64,000 nucleotides of DNA from Minutocellus sp. GHC0000111 (Eukaryota): positions 1,054,001 through 1,118,000 of the forward strand of contig OZ361258.1 of the NCBI GenBank assembly GCA_977018835.1. The letters run 5' to 3'. Positions within the stretch are counted from its first letter, which is position 1; the number at the start of each line of letters is the position of its first letter. A model generated the notes under the pieces. The model ran no database searches. It saw only the letters and a program-made list of their open reading frames with translations, and was not told where the DNA came from. The position numbers and the translations under genes were made by a program. Shown in pieces: positions 10,745 through 20,528 of the stretch.

Positions 10745-11680
10745 CTATGATTCATAGTCCAGAATGTCCCGAAGCTCCTTAGCCCTGCCGTGAGCCATAT
10801 GTACACAAGCGGCGAGCTGCTCAGGAGCCATAATCGTCCGTCCTCTCTTGTCCATTGATACGATGCCCCCCGCCATATTGACAACCACCGTGAGTGTTCC
10901 ATCGAGTACTCCCTCCTCTTCATCGTCTGGATCGACCAACAACTTATCGTCAAACATGGCAACCGTCAGTGGTATTGGCATCTTGTCCATATTCAGCTTG
11001 AGCTTTGACCCACCAGAGTTGTCCTCATCCTCGCCGGCCACTACTTGGACCATGCCTCCATCTCCCGGACCGGCCTTGTCGTTTATTCTCGTACGTGGCA
11101 ACCTTGTATCGATCAAGGCCGATACACATCCCAAAAGTCCAGCATCGAACAGATTACCAGCATCGTTGAGCACAACGCAGCCAATCTTGAGTCTCCATGC
11201 TGCCTTACCCGTGATGATTCCCAGTGCTGAAAAGTCAATCATACCAGATGTGCGAATAATCCTTTGCAGATGAGATTCGATCGACGATGGATCGGCCTTG
11301 CTGACACTGCCGCCGTTGTCCGATGCTCCACCGACTCCGACTCCACCGCCGCCCTCTCCCTCGATAACACGCCCCGACAAATTGTAACCCCTCCCACAGA
11401 TGGGCGAGACGGTGAGCGACACCACACAGTCTCCATCGTTAGGAGTTGCTGGTCCTGGAACCCCCACCAACAGAGTGACCGCCGTCAATATTTGAGTATC
11501 TCCCAACCGAACGAGAGAGGACCCATAGGTGTTGCGAGGCACCACCGATGGGACGATGGTGGTTGCTCTCGCCGCCGCGTGCTGACGACCATTTGGCCGG
11601 GTATTCTTCGTGGTAAACGAGCGCAAGACCCCCCTTGGGTCGAGAGAGCGCAGGGTCTCAATAGAGGATTCAATTTCCAT
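10745..11680 (-). CDS. RRP43: Exosome complex RNase PH subunit, RRP43-like
   Basis: TRPNGR, YGSSLVRLGDTQI, GKAAWRLKIGCVVLNDAGNLFDA and LLVDPDDEEE motifs. Confidence 0.8.
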   Translation of the reverse strand: MEIESSIETLRSLDPRGVLRSFTTKNTRPNGRQHAAARATTIVPSVVPRNTYGSSLVRLGDTQILTAVTLLVGVPGPATPNDGDCVVSLTVSPICGRGYNLSGRVIEGEGGGGVGVGGASDNGGSVSKADPSSIESHLQRIIRTSGMIDFSALGIITGKAAWRLKIGCVVLNDAGNLFDAGLLGCVSALIDTRLPRTRINDKAGPGDGGMVQVVAGEDEDNSGGSKLKLNMDKMPIPLTVAMFDDKLLVDPDDEEEGVLDGTLTVVVNMAGGIVSMDKRGRTIMAPEQLAACVHMAHGRAKELRDILDYES

Positions 11681-11974
11681 TGTAAATAAACCGGCGGCTT
11701 GTTGCTGCGTGGTGGCTTGGACTGAATGACTGAATATGAATATGAATATACTGACTGACTGTGAGCTTTTTGACTTCTTGTGGTTTTGCCGCGCGCAAAG
11801 TTTTTGGGGCAAGATGAAGAGGGCGACGGCCAGACCTTTTTAAAATTAAAGTATCGATATCATCGGATCATCGGCCCAAAGATGCAAAGAGATCTTTTTC
11901 AAGATCCTATTAGGCCATACATGTGATTGTATTCGCTTCGTTCAATTAGATATCAGCAGATCGTCACGAGTATC

Positions 11975-12714
11975 ATGAGTCCATTCCGAAGGACCTTATT
12001 GAATCATCTGGCATTTGCGTCAGCCAGCTTCCCCAACCACCCATCGGCTTCGATCCAAAAGCAATCCTTTCGGCAAGCGTTAGCCAAGTAGCATTCATTC
12101 GACATGGCAACACAAACAAAGCACCAATTGGGGGGACAGACTTTGATCGTCAGCTGACTGATTTGGGACATGATCAGGCAAAGGCTGCTGGTTTGTCGTA
12201 TGGCGTCGACCTCCAGCCGTTCTATCCGGTTGCGCTTTGCTCACCAGCACCGCGGTGTGTGGAGACGGCCAAGATATTTTTGGATGCTGCAGGTGTTGCC
12301 GAAAAGCAGATTGAGTTCGTTTACAATCAAGATTTGTATGACGGTACTATGCAACCGGAAGGTAGCAGGTTGTTCAAAAAGATCGGATATGCACCACTTC
12401 GAAACTATTATGAGGATCCTGACGAGGATGACAGGAGAGTGGCTCATGAGGTATTAGGCTCGTATGGAATATCTTCGCTGAATGCCATAAAGGAAGTTGC
12501 TCATCACGATGGCAAAGTGTCGGAAAATTCTGATGATAAAAGCACACTGCTCTTTTTTGCCCATGCTGTTTATCTCCCTGCTGCATCGTTGTGTCTCGCT
12601 TCTGCGAGTGGGTGCTTGGGAGAAGATCTATGCTTGGATACAAACACTAAGGAAGCAGAAGGATATCTGGTGGATTTGGAAAAGAGAGCTTGCTCGCTAT
12701 TGTGCCGTTCGTGA
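11975..12714 (+). CDS. Histidine phosphatase superfamily (SixA/PGM-like) protein; the start ATG is one base out of frame
   Basis: The ORF-12163 frame extends upstream to FIRHGNT...DFDRQLTDLG, then CSPAPRCVETA and FFAHAVY. The nearest ATG (11975) is out of frame and there is an in-frame TAG at 11947. Confidence 0.7.
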
Positions 12715-12786
12715 AAGTCATTAAAGTAAAGTCGCCAATACTACGTAGAAAGGTATACTATGTATTGAAGAGCTACTATCACGTTC

Positions 12787-14088
12787 TTACTTGGACTTCT
12801 TCCACCAATTCAAATCTGGATATTGCTCCAGCATCGACTCTTCGCTATTTTCAATGATCATAGAACTCAAAATGTCGCCAAATATTCCATGATATATCAA
12901 TCCTCGTGAGCTCAAGCCTGTAAAAAGCCAAGAGTTGTCATGGATATCTCCGCAAGAACAACCAATGATCGGCATGCGGCCATATTTTCCTCGTTTAGAC
13001 TGGACGCGATAACCACTCGTGACTTGTGATACAGTCCCTTGATCCCAGAGGCCAGGAGCCAAGTCATAAGAGCGTTTCTTCAGCTCGTCCCATACCTCGG
13101 ATTCTGATAAGGCATCTGCTTTGTATTCATGAGTTGCACCAATCAATATTTGTCCCTTTTGCAGCATGGGTGCAATATACTTTCCACACAATACTGCTTC
13201 GTTTGGCGCAGTACCGCCCATTTCGTCTACATTCATCTCGATAGACTGCCCTCTCACCATTTCTGCCGGAAAATTTTCAGCATCTTCGCGTAAGGCACCA
13301 TCTTGAAAGAGTCCAGAGCCTGCAGCAAAAACAACGGTGTCAAATTCTGATAATCTGCTCTTCCAATCCTTTACATTGCCCTCAACGGACCACTGGGCAG
13401 CTCCAGCAGACAATTCTTGACAAGCCATCCACAGCCCCCTCAAGTAAGAAGGCACGTGAATCACCTTGCATCCGTTTGATAATTCCAAGCCACCACGTGA
13501 ATGCCTAGTACCACAGATGTCGCTGATTTGTTCTTGATTCAACCAAGTTGCTAGATCTGGATATGTGTCTGCCGCCTTTGCCAATTGATCGACGTGTGTA
13601 TCTGTTTGAGCTATGCGAAAAAGCTTGTCGCGAAGTATACAATCAGGCTCGTGCTGCGACGCAACGTTGATGAGATTCGAACTGACCTCCAACCCCTCCA
13701 GTCCCATATGAATCAGCTTCCCTCGAGGAGAAAATGGATGCAGCAATCCACCAGCAACAGACGATGCTCCACCCTCGCCCGGTTGGTCCTTGTCAATGAT
13801 TGTCAGCTTCATATTGTGTCCCTTTGCCTTTGATAATAATTGATAAGTCACTGACAAGCCTGCCAACCCACCCCCGACGACAGCAATGTTGTTTGCTTTA
13901 GAGCCAGGCGCATCGTCGTCCTCTCCGTTGGATGCATGCCGTTGACTACGACTCACAATGAGACGTTGCGTTCGTCGTCGTGTAGCTCGATGGAGGCATG
14001 AGCTACTAATTGGAAGTCGCATACCGTCACCAATCAACGCTGAGGCGGCGGGGAGCAAAAGTAGCGCACTTATTGGCAGGATTCGCAT
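12787..14088 (-). CDS. FAD-dependent oxidoreductase (DAO/MnmC-C-terminal-like), predicted plastid-targeted
   Basis: Signal peptide MRILPISALLLLPAASAL; IAVVGGGLAG, GASSVAGGLLHP, VRGQ, IGATHE and GLSSRGL motifs. Confidence 0.85.
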   Translation of the reverse strand: MRILPISALLLLPAASALIGDGMRLPISSSCLHRATRRRTQRLIVSRSQRHASNGEDDDAPGSKANNIAVVGGGLAGLSVTYQLLSKAKGHNMKLTIIDKDQPGEGGASSVAGGLLHPFSPRGKLIHMGLEGLEVSSNLINVASQHEPDCILRDKLFRIAQTDTHVDQLAKAADTYPDLATWLNQEQISDICGTRHSRGGLELSNGCKVIHVPSYLRGLWMACQELSAGAAQWSVEGNVKDWKSRLSEFDTVVFAAGSGLFQDGALREDAENFPAEMVRGQSIEMNVDEMGGTAPNEAVLCGKYIAPMLQKGQILIGATHEYKADALSESEVWDELKKRSYDLAPGLWDQGTVSQVTSGYRVQSKRGKYGRMPIIGCSCGDIHDNSWLFTGLSSRGLIYHGIFGDILSSMIIENSEESMLEQYPDLNWWKKSK

Positions 14089-14380
14089 CTCTTCAAACGG
14101 CGCTTGGTATCTTCGCCCAATAGTGACGATGAGCTGGTCGCGAAAGAAAGATGAGCAAATTTGCGGCATTTGGCATTTGCGGCTGGTAATTCACCGACGT
14201 CGTCGTAGGAGTTCTCAATCCACCAACCCTCTCGACAGTCTCGAGCCAAAAAGAAACCACCACCAAAAGTTGTGGAAACACGCAATTCAAGGTGGTGGTT
14301 CGATGAAAGAGATCCCTAAAATAGCGCATTATGACCTCTACAAAGACACATTCCCTCTTCATCGCCGTGCGGCGCTAGAT

Positions 14381-15400
14381 CTACTCATCAGCAACCGCAT
14401 CATCGAATGTCAGCACCAAACTTCGAATCTCACTTGTGCCAAACCATTTCTTGATTTCTTCGTCATCACCACAATCCAAAACGGCATTGCACATATTAAA
14501 GTACGCGGAATGGCCTACCGCAGCAATCTCCTTTTCTGGTCTATGTTGAATATAGTCTGCCAAGAAATTGTATATACGCTTCGACTTGTCCAAGGGCGCC
14601 TCGCGTTCATCGGGCATCCATAATCTGTCCTCCTCGCCATTGGTCATGGAGAAGTCAACATGAGGAAACTCTCTTACAGTTTCACTCAAGGGCCGACGCT
14701 TATTGCATACCAACAATCCCAACTCTTCTCGGCACAAATCATGACCCACAAATCGAACATCTCCCATAAAGTCAGCAAATGTAAGCTGTGCCGTTTGTAT
14801 GGCTCGATGCAAAGGAGATACAACGATCAGCTCAGGGTTCAATGAATTGGCCAACTCTCTTTTCTCCAAGCATTGTTCTCTGCCGAGCGAGGTCAAGGGT
14901 GAATCTGCAAGCTCGCTTCTCACAAATGGATTGCGTTTCGGGTCTGTATCGTAAATATCTTCGACGGGGCTGCCAAAGTCGGACATCATGGTGTAAATTA
15001 AATTGTGATAACCCTGACCATGTCGCTGGAAGTGGACGACTTTCTTGTTTGCTTCAGTCGGTCGAGGTGACCCAACGACGTAGCGTTCGGCGCGAATTTG
15101 ACTCGGCCAGTTGTGATCGAGCGCCCCATTTTCCTTGAGCCAGGCCCGTAACTCATCTGAGTGACGTTTGGGGTTGAACGCCTGCTTCTGCGCGTGCAGC
15201 GTGGTAGTGAAACAACGGGAAGTGCTGCGCGCAGCTCCAGCTTGAAGTGCCGATATCGACACAAATGCAGGTGAGACTATCATTCGCCGGCCTCCTTCCA
15301 AGATTGAAGTTCGATATAAAAGTAGCAACTGAGTGCGTTGTGGAGGGGCGGTGGAGGGTGCTTCAACTTCACGCGCGTTTGTCGGCGGTGGCGCCAACAT
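14381..15400 (-). CDS. Phosphoglycerate mutase-like histidine phosphatase (start uncertain: 15400 or 15283)
   Basis: FQRHGQGYHN, DSPLTSLG, VSPLHRAIQTA, CRE...CNKRR and VGHSA motifs. Confidence 0.85.
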   Translation of the reverse strand: MLAPPPTNAREVEAPSTAPPQRTQLLLLYRTSILEGGRRMIVSPAFVSISALQAGAARSTSRCFTTTLHAQKQAFNPKRHSDELRAWLKENGALDHNWPSQIRAERYVVGSPRPTEANKKVVHFQRHGQGYHNLIYTMMSDFGSPVEDIYDTDPKRNPFVRSELADSPLTSLGREQCLEKRELANSLNPELIVVSPLHRAIQTAQLTFADFMGDVRFVGHDLCREELGLLVCNKRRPLSETVREFPHVDFSMTNGEEDRLWMPDEREAPLDKSKRIYNFLADYIQHRPEKEIAAVGHSAYFNMCNAVLDCGDDEEIKKWFGTSEIRSLVLTFDDAVADE

Positions 15401-15650
15401 CGCGGGATCAAAGAAGGTCGGGATCACCGCCCGCTGACCAGCCGACCAGACCCCAAAACGCTGACCAACCCACAGTGTAGCTATCGTATGAGCACGTTGG
15501 TCGGGGCTGCTACGCATTTCAGTATATCATAACATCGGGGAGTGCGGTTTCTCCATCCGCGCTAGCTACAGTAGACACAAAACAAAAGCATAAGGTCCGT
15601 GCGCACGCATAGCCCAAGCAAGCAATCGCAAACAGCACAACAACGCAACC

Positions 15651-16031
15651 ATGCTTGACCCAATGGCTGGCGTCGGTGACGCCTCCGGTCCTGTACCGGG
15701 GTCGGACGCCACCGGGGGAGAGGGGAAGGACATATTTGACGCGGGTGCCGCAAGTCACAACGCCAAGGCGATCGATCGGATCCGATCGTTCATGGGCATC
15801 GTGTCGGGATGTGTGGCGGGCATCCTCGGTCTTACCGGGTTGGAGGGTCTGGTCTGTTTCCTCATCTTACACCTGACGGTCTCCATAGCCTTGTTGGCCA
15901 AGATGAATTTTGATTTGCGAGCATACTCACGACAATCTTTGGTGGCCTTCATCACGGCTGATCTGCAAAAATGTGGCATGTCCTTCATGCTGTTTTGGAC
16001 GCTCTTTTACGGACTGGTGTTTCTGTTTTGA
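15651..16031 (+). CDS. EMC6: ER membrane complex subunit 6
   Basis: HN...IRSFMGIVSGCVAGILGLTGLEG...SFMLFWTLFYGLV. Confidence 0.92.
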   Translation: MLDPMAGVGDASGPVPGSDATGGEGKDIFDAGAASHNAKAIDRIRSFMGIVSGCVAGILGLTGLEGLVCFLILHLTVSIALLAKMNFDLRAYSRQSLVAFITADLQKCGMSFMLFWTLFYGLVFLF

Positions 16032-16174
16032 TAAGCTAATAGAGGATTTATACATACCGGCAAGGAGTGATTCATTTATACTACATGTGAATGTGGTGAA
16101 GATTTGGTTTGCTTTTATTATATGAATGAATATCGTACATTGGTGAATGAAAGGGTCCGTAACTTTGACTGGTA

Positions 16175-16906
16175 TTACCTCGGAGCCCCGAATGCCTCGG
16201 GCATGCGTTCCACGGTATACTTGTGGCTGCTAATGTACATGCACGGGACGCCCGGAATTTTGCGTATCCGCCCCCGAAGCTCCTTATCACACGTCGCCAC
16301 AATAAAGCATCTCCACTGCTTCGCCATTTGGACCAGACAGTCATCTGCATAGCATCCCTTGCAGTTGCATGGAATGCGTTCGAACCGAGGATCCTTGGCC
16401 AACCGCAGAGCAATCTTGTACTTGGCACCCAACTTCTCCAATTCTCCCATGACACAATCGGTAATGCATGGGATGCATTTGGCCAGCAGACAGTCCATCA
16501 TCGAACGGATCACGTCCAGCTTATTCCGAATCGAAAAGTTGAGAAAGTTTGTATCGACCAGCACATGATAAGGCGGGCCTGATGAGCGCAATATATTGTT
16601 ATGTTTGAAGGTGAAATGAGCAAATGGGTGAGTAAGCTATCATGAGAAGATACAGAGCGTTGCGAATAGATAAGCGCAAAAAGGTGGGAGTTGTATTTCC
16701 ACGTTGTTGATCCACTCACCAAGCTGCGTGTTGTACTGAAAGAAGAGGGCAGACACTCCCTGCTCGACCTGTCGTGGTTCGGCCTTCTTGGCCTCCTTCT
16801 CCTTCTTCTCGGCGGCCTTGGCGGCGACCGACTTGACCCGCGTATCCTTCGGGCTGATGATCTTCTTCGCCACGGCGAACTTGCGCGTCTTCTTGGCCTT
16901 TCCCAT
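16175..16906 (-). CDS. FCF1: rRNA-processing PIN nuclease FCF1/UTP24; intron 16579-16719
   Basis: [11 protein letters not shown]...[20 protein letters not shown]...YADDCLV...VATCD. The GTGAGT...CAG intron joins the exons in frame. Confidence 0.97.
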
Positions 16907-17035
16907 TGTTGTTCTTGGCTTTTCTTTGATACACTGTTTTCGTGGCGAGAAATGGTTGGTCTCCTCCTTTCTCCTTTTTGCACACTTTTCCTTTCCCCCT
17001 ACGTTTCTGTTCCTACCTGCTTACTAAAATGGCTC

Positions 17036-17068
17036 AAGAAACCCGGACTTTGTCCAAAGAAACCCGGA
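17036..17068. promoter_or_regulatory. Twice-repeated AAGAAACCCGGA motif in the FCF1/RPL37 divergent promoter
   Basis: Exact 12-mers at 17036-17047 and 17057-17068 within a ~240 bp bidirectional intergenic region. Confidence 0.35.
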
Positions 17069-17144
17069 ATGATTAGTCTCATAACCTGTTGTGGTCCCGG
17101 AAATTTTAACGAGGCGTTCATAGTGATTTTTACCTCAGGCAACG

Positions 17145-17831
17145 ATGGTGCGTTTACCGTGGCGGCTTGCTGGCTTGTTGACGACGATGGCTTGATACAC
17201 GTGCGAATGATTCGATGGATGGATGATAACGGTCCTGATGGAGGCAACGCAATTGGCGCGGCGATTCTCGGCGCCGTGGCTGGTCGCTCGACGGTGCCGC
17301 TGGACGTGTCGGGTTATGGGCTCCGGCGGCTGTGGTTGGAATGGAACCGAAGGGGGACCATCCATGCCCGTGTTTTCATGGGAGTACGCCCGTACCCTCG
17401 TCTGGCTGATGGTGGAACTGGTAGATATTCCCGACATTGGGTGTCGCTTGCGGTTCAAGTGAAAATTTGGGGAAATGCTCGTTTATCCTCACATAACATG
17501 CCCGACTAACTCTTCTTTTCCACTCTTTCTCCCCCCTCTCCCCATCTGACACCAACAGACTAAGGGTACCACCTCGTTCGGACGGAGACACAACAAGTCT
17601 CACACCACCTGCCGCCGATGCGGCAAGGTGTCGTACCACATCCAAAAGAAGACCTGCGCTTCCTGCGGATACCCCAGCAAGAAGATGAGAAATTTCAACT
17701 GGGGACAGAAGGCCAAGGGACGTCGCACCGTCGGCACCGGCCGCATGCGATACATGAAGACCATGACCCGCCGATTCAAGAACGGATTCCGGGAGGGCAC
17801 CCAGGCCAAGAAGATCACCGCCTCCGATTAG
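17145..17831 (+). CDS. RPL37: 60S ribosomal protein L37; exon 1 is the ATG only, intron 17148-17558
   Basis: Exon 2 reads [22 protein letters not shown]...CASCGYP...GTGRMRY. Donor ATG|GTGCGT, CTAAC branch point at ~17506 and CAG acceptor at 17558. The exon-1 position is inferred. Confidence 0.93.
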
Positions 17832-18216
17832 ATTGTCAGCGTATAATTTAGGAAATGGGCTATCATCTTGCGCAAATAAATCAAAACTCTATGTCTCTTT
17901 TATTCTTAATTTTTTTGAATGGCCAACCTGCAAACCTCTCAAATGAAAAAGAGCAGGAGGGAAATTTTTGTCAATGCATCTTCAGCCATCCATTTGATAT
18001 ACACCATAATTCCTCCATATTACTGAAAGGTATTAATCTCCGATCGGCTTACGCTCCATGTCAATCTGTATGTACCACCACGACCACAATTCACCACCCC
18101 ATTCTTTATCTATTACCGGTACATAGATCTATTCTAGATGCAGAAAAGAAGTCCCTTTCAAATAAAAGACAGTATGTTCTGAATGTTTCGAATGTAGCTA
18201 AATCTACCACTTATTT

Positions 18217-19521
18217 CTACGCTCTGGGAGATCCATTCTCCCATTGGATGTCCATTGTGCACCCACTCGCCAGCATCATATTTGCCACCGGGCAGCGAGC
18301 CTCTGTCTGCTCTCCTAGTAAATGGAGCTGGTCGGTTGATATGTTGGCACTGCCCTGGAAGAATACCTTTGCAGTTCCAGATACATATTGAAGTCGGGCG
18401 GGAATGCCGGGGGTCTCTTCGATGGGCTGCTGCAATGCTCCTCTGGCATCTCGATGAGCTCGTAAGTCAAACTCAATCTTGTCAATCAACAACCTTGGCT
18501 TCATAGAACGGCCGACGAATATGGCCGTCGCTTGCGCACACCCAATCAAGGCTGCCAATAAGTGCTCCACTGGCTGTGGCGCTGTGTATGTACCTCCCAT
18601 CTTTTTGGGCACATCGGTGGATAACTCGTGACCTGTATCAGTTGTCATTTCAACGGCACTTCCCCTTCCTTGACCAGAGATATGGTACGACTTTCTATGT
18701 TTCAATGCTTCTTCTTCCTCAGCCCCGCCATCATGGGTAACCTTAGGCAGTTCTCCACGCAATTCCATTTTTTCGATTTCCTCTATCCACCCAGAGTTGG
18801 AAGTGGGATAGCTATCGAATTGTCGAATATACGGCTTAACGTCCAACACAGGAGTACCATCGATCAAGTCTGTGCTGAATACTTGAATCTCAAGCTTATC
18901 AATGTCGATTGACTCGACCTTGAGAATGCTGAGGCCAATGTTATTGGGTCTATGGGGCGCCCTGGTTGCCAATACACCCTTCTTTGCATCATTGCTCTCC
19001 AAATGTCTCAACCTCGGTGGCACAACCAGCGCATTCCAGCCAGTATTGAGATGACAGTCGAAGATGCAGTGGACATGAGAAAACGTATCCAGATCTTTCA
19101 GCATCAGCCGAGCCTTGTCGATACCGCCCAGGTTATCTGGTAGCAGTTGTATGGACCCCATATTCTGTCCCCTTTTGCCCTCTACATTTGGCTGTCTGGG
19201 AGCACCATGTCGTTCCTTAAAGGGCGACCTGGCAACGGCAATGGGTGTGTAGGATATTGGTTCCTTGAGATATTCGTCAGAAAACAATTCCTCGGCATAT
19301 TTCCGATCGTTTGGCTTGGGCCCTGCGGGATCTTCCAGGCCATCGCTCAGCCGTCGAGATGAAGAGGCGACGGAACGTATTATCAAGTGGCGTGATGGGT
19401 GTGGCCGGCGACGTGTTGTGATGAATGATGCAGTGCACTTCTGCCGTAATGCTGATCTCGCCGAAACCGATATGAGCCTCACAACGACCATGGTGAGACA
19501 GAGACGGTTGCTTTTATGCAT
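18217..19521 (-). CDS. TRMO: TrmO/TsaA tRNA m6t6A37 methyltransferase domain fused to a C-terminal OsmC/Ohr-like domain
   Basis: SPFKERHGAPRQP, GVLATRAPHRPNNIGLS and DLIDGTPVLDVKPY (TsaA). TDVPKKMGG...PVEHLLAALIGC...EARCPVANM (OsmC-like, two Cys). Arg/Ser-rich mitochondrial-type presequence. Confidence 0.88.
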   Translation of the reverse strand: MHKSNRLCLTMVVVRLISVSARSALRQKCTASFITTRRRPHPSRHLIIRSVASSSRRLSDGLEDPAGPKPNDRKYAEELFSDEYLKEPISYTPIAVARSPFKERHGAPRQPNVEGKRGQNMGSIQLLPDNLGGIDKARLMLKDLDTFSHVHCIFDCHLNTGWNALVVPPRLRHLESNDAKKGVLATRAPHRPNNIGLSILKVESIDIDKLEIQVFSTDLIDGTPVLDVKPYIRQFDSYPTSNSGWIEEIEKMELRGELPKVTHDGGAEEEEALKHRKSYHISGQGRGSAVEMTTDTGHELSTDVPKKMGGTYTAPQPVEHLLAALIGCAQATAIFVGRSMKPRLLIDKIEFDLRAHRDARGALQQPIEETPGIPARLQYVSGTAKVFFQGSANISTDQLHLLGEQTEARCPVANMMLASGCTMDIQWENGSPRA

Positions 19522-19876
19522 TGTAATTGAACTCTAGCCAACCCAAGCCCTCACCTCCAAGTCTCTACTTTGCATCTTATTTCGTAGGAACTTCCTACTT
19601 CCTCGCGGTTCCTCGTGGGCGAAAAATCGCGCGCGATCGCGAATGAATCGCGAAGTCAAGCAAAACTGTCAAAACTGAGCGGTCTGTACGTCAACGGCAG
19701 CGGCTGCTGAGCGTATGAGCGTATCAAATTGCGATAGCAAACGACCAGGAGCGCTGCGTCTACGACTGCGCGCCTCTTTTAGCTGACTTGCCTCGGTCTG
19801 CATTTGCATATTAGACGAGCCTTTGGCAGCATATCTTTGCGGCGGCAGTCTTTTCTTGATAAAACAGCACATAACA

Positions 19877-20326
19877 ATGGTCCTCTACGAGTGTCTCCTC
19901 ACCACGAAAAATACGGCGGCGTTCGGGGCGCTGACGAACCTGATGAAGGATGTGTCCATGAAGGTCGTCGATGGCGGAGGCATCGTGCGGGGCATTTGCA
20001 ATCACGGTGTTCGGGATCTGCCCCACCGTTTCAAGGCGCGGTATCCCGACAAGCTCGGCAATCGCTACTACAAGCAGGGTCGGTTCGTGTCGGTGTACTA
20101 CGATGCCAGCCCGGCCGTTTTAAGGGAGGTGGAATCGGTCCTTCGGCTGAACGAGGAGGTTCTGCGGGGCACTCATCTCAAGGCTCGGAATAAGCTCTGG
20201 TATGTGAACATTGCGAGGGAAGACAAGAATCCGTACATACAAAAGGTGTTGGCGATGGAGGAGGCCGAGGCTGCAGCTGCTGAGGCGCAAGCATCATCAT
20301 CATCTGCAGAGACTCCGTCTGCATAA
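19877..20326 (+). CDS. MRPS6: Mitochondrial ribosomal protein bS6m
   Basis: MVLYECLL...GGIVRGICNHGVRDLPHRFK...LRLNEEVLR. Confidence 0.88.
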   Translation: MVLYECLLTTKNTAAFGALTNLMKDVSMKVVDGGGIVRGICNHGVRDLPHRFKARYPDKLGNRYYKQGRFVSVYYDASPAVLREVESVLRLNEEVLRGTHLKARNKLWYVNIAREDKNPYIQKVLAMEEAEAAAAEAQASSSSAETPSA

Positions 20327-20528
20327 TTGGTATGGCCGAGACCTGTCACAATATTCTCTGATTGGTTTCGGAATTGAGGCTGGCGTAGAGACGCCCAAGC
20401 CCCAGAGTCCAATTTTTAGCGCTACAGCCAGCTACGTAGCTCAAAAGTGTAGGAACCTAAGTTAGTTGTAAAACATTTTATAAACGTTACTTGAACCTGG
20501 ATCAGTAACTTGTCTCCTATTCATCCAA

